From Wallemia ichthyophaga EXF-994 (lineage: Eukaryota; Fungi; Basidiomycota), in NCBI RefSeq assembly GCF_000400465.1, contig NW_008806277.1, forward strand, positions 206,001-268,000: DNA of 62,000 nucleotides, in the 5' to 3' direction. Position 1 is the first letter of the stretch; the number at the start of each line of letters is the position of its first letter. The notes beneath the pieces are model-generated. The model did not search any database and was not told the DNA's origin. It was given only the letters and a program-made list of their open reading frames with translations. Shown in pieces: positions 60,009 through 62,000 of the stretch. The position numbers and the translations under genes are program-made.

Positions 60009-62000
60009 CTAAGAAGTGCAAGTAAGTTTGAAAGCATGATCGAACAAGCCGTACGATCTCAAATGAGGAATGGTGTGCCGTTCTACGGCTACCATTTCTT
60101 CATCGCTGAGTGAATTCTGCGATACTAAGCGAACATCCTTAGTGAGGTTAATAATCTGTAGCAACTTCCCACTTCTCTTCTGCCTCACTTCGATGAATCG
60201 CTCGCAAAACAGTATCAGATATTCACCGTCGACTGCAGCACTATTAACTGTTCCGTTCCATCTCAAAACGTTTGCATTCTTCAGTGGGACGCCCTTTTCG
60301 TTCACGTAGAGACCCATCGAATCGAACACTAGCACGTACTCTCCACTCTTGGTGGTGAAAAGTTCAATCGGTTTCAGCTTCCCTCTGTGAGACATCTCGG
60401 TGATATTGGCGAGGTTCGACTGGTACTGTTTGGCCTGCTGGCGGTCTCTGAATATGTTTGAATTGCTTCCATACAGCCTCGGAAGAACGAGGATGCGTCT
60501 ACTGTCTGTAGGATCTAGTACACGCAACGAGCCCTCATCAACAACTGCGACATGCTTGCTACTCGGGAATGGAAAGAGCACCCTAGCTGTTCCGGTAGTC
60601 TGCAAACCAATTGAAGGCATTGTCTCGCGTATCCACACCTCCCGCTTTGGTTTTTTTACCCTGTTCCTATCCTGATAAGCCTGTGTACGTGTGTTGATAG
60701 GCAAAGGCTCATAAAATTGCACCGTAGATTTATGCAGAGTCTTGTTTGAAACGTAAGTAATGAGCACCTTCTTCCCCACAGAGCTGCCGACTCTGTAGTA
60801 CGTCACCCTTTCACTGGAGCTGCACAAGCGTATTCTCCCAAACTTGCGTCTCGGTCCGTGCGAGCTAGTCGGGCATATCTCCTCGAGATCGTAGCCGTAC
60901 AGCTGCTCATCAACATGCAGAATGAGGAGACTGTATTGCGAAAGCACAGTGACGCCCTCGACGCCGTTCAAACCAATCACCTTCCTGTAGCTGTCCTTGT
61001 CATCTTCAAATCCCATGTACACGCCTTCGGGTGTGGCGAGCGTGACGTACTTCCTCGCTCCCCATTGAAAAATGCTCGCCGAGTTGATGCGGTGCGGACT
61101 TGCCTTGTTGTATTTGTCAGTATTTGCTAGGACCGACTGCTGGAAGATGTTGTCTGTGAGTGTGTGCGAGACCAATAGCTTGTTTGTTTCAACAAAGGCA
61201 CGCCGTATCACAATAGCCTCGCTGATCTGGGAGCCATGTGAGTAAGAACTGTCAGAGATATCACCTATCTCACCCTCGATTTCCACGTTTGTCTCTCTTC
61301 TGGCGTGGAGGCATATAACTTGTACTCCTTCCCATTGCCAATATTCTTCAGTATGAACCCATGTACCTCTCTCTCTGGTTCAGTGTGAGTGAAGAGAATT
61401 CTAGATCCTGGATAAAGTCAGTTAAATCTATCTCTACACGCACTACCACACACCATCGGATCTCCTCTCATCTGCAAGCAAGCAATTTGTGCGGTGTGTG
61501 GGTGATGGATTCTCATTGTCGATGTGGCATACCTCGAGCGGAATCGGCCTCGATGTGAGAGAATATCTGATAGGATCCGTCTTCTTCTTCTGGCCAGGTT
61601 CAGTGATGAGAATGTAGTTATCCAAAATAAACACCTTCTTAGCACGCCATCCATGTAAGTCAGTGGCTGCTCTCTCGCGTTTAAAGAGTAATCCTTCATA
61701 CAAGAGCGTGCGCAGATCGTTTAGCAAGTCAATATCATGCAACTCGCCGAGTTTAAAGTCTAGCGCAGATGCCATCTCCCAAAACTTAACTTTATTATTT
61801 GACTGCTCAATACCAGGCTGTGTAGATTTGGCAATATCTGAAATAGCTCGCGCTGCAATGGGTAGATTCTCCCTATCGCTGTGATCTTCAGGTGTATAGT
61901 CGAGCATTCTATTGAGCAGAAGTGGGTATCGAGGTAGTCTAAAAACAGGTCTTTGTAACAGAGCGATTATATTCTGTCTTTGGGCTTTTGGATGTCTCGA
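60009..62000 (-). CDS. 3' part of a Rho GEF with DH-PH-CNH domains (Rom2/Tus1-like), runs off the window end
   Basis: DH end LLQRPVFRLPRYPLLL...TPEDHSDRENL, a PH-like segment (LDNYILIT...SRPIPLE) and a CNH domain (FDSMGLYVNEKG...RWNG..NSAAVDGEYLILFCERFIEVR). Confidence 0.85.

Noticed and set aside
1-62000. CRISPR arrays, prophage, IS elements, rRNA or intact retrotransposons
   Set aside because: The sequence is eukaryotic. No regularly spaced repeat-spacer array, rRNA-like tract, LTR pair or RT/integrase ORF was seen.

Overview
Eukaryotic DNA from a very compact, intron-rich fungal genome. Introns are mostly ~45-55 nt with GTRAGT/CTRAY/YAG signals, spacers are often under 100 bp, and the proteins look basidiomycete-like. 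Wallemia is my best guess; this is inference and cannot be verified here. About 35 mostly housekeeping genes are present (RPL28, ARMT1-like, RRP41, MTAP, VRG4, EGD2, CDC12, MGA2/SPT23, CDC25, MPH1, GGA, RAX1, RAD57, WDR5, VMA5, MKT1, mitoferrin, nitrilase, a RhoGEF and others), plus one tRNA-Leu(AAG). The standout is an ~8.5 kb gene-free, AT-rich gap (9576-18132). It contains a 1603-bp inverted repeat pair (11409-13011 and 14091-15693; 5 mismatches by my manual alignment) around a unique 1079-bp core of ~31.5% GC, and this is nested inside an older, degenerate inverted repeat. The layout matches the IR-core-IR centromeres of Komagataella phaffii and Candida tropicalis, so this is a candidate centromere of a type I do not know from basidiomycetes. 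Other notable items: an H/ACA snoRNA in the long RPL28 intron, bracketed by a 19-bp stem and with a plausible 18S helix-44 target; a ~2.1 kb tandem duplication carrying a 124-bp identical orphan RPL28 exon; a PPPDE-thioredoxin fusion lacking catalytic cysteines in both domains; and a 3-nt micro-exon in CDC12. Spliced gene boundaries were derived by hand and are approximate.
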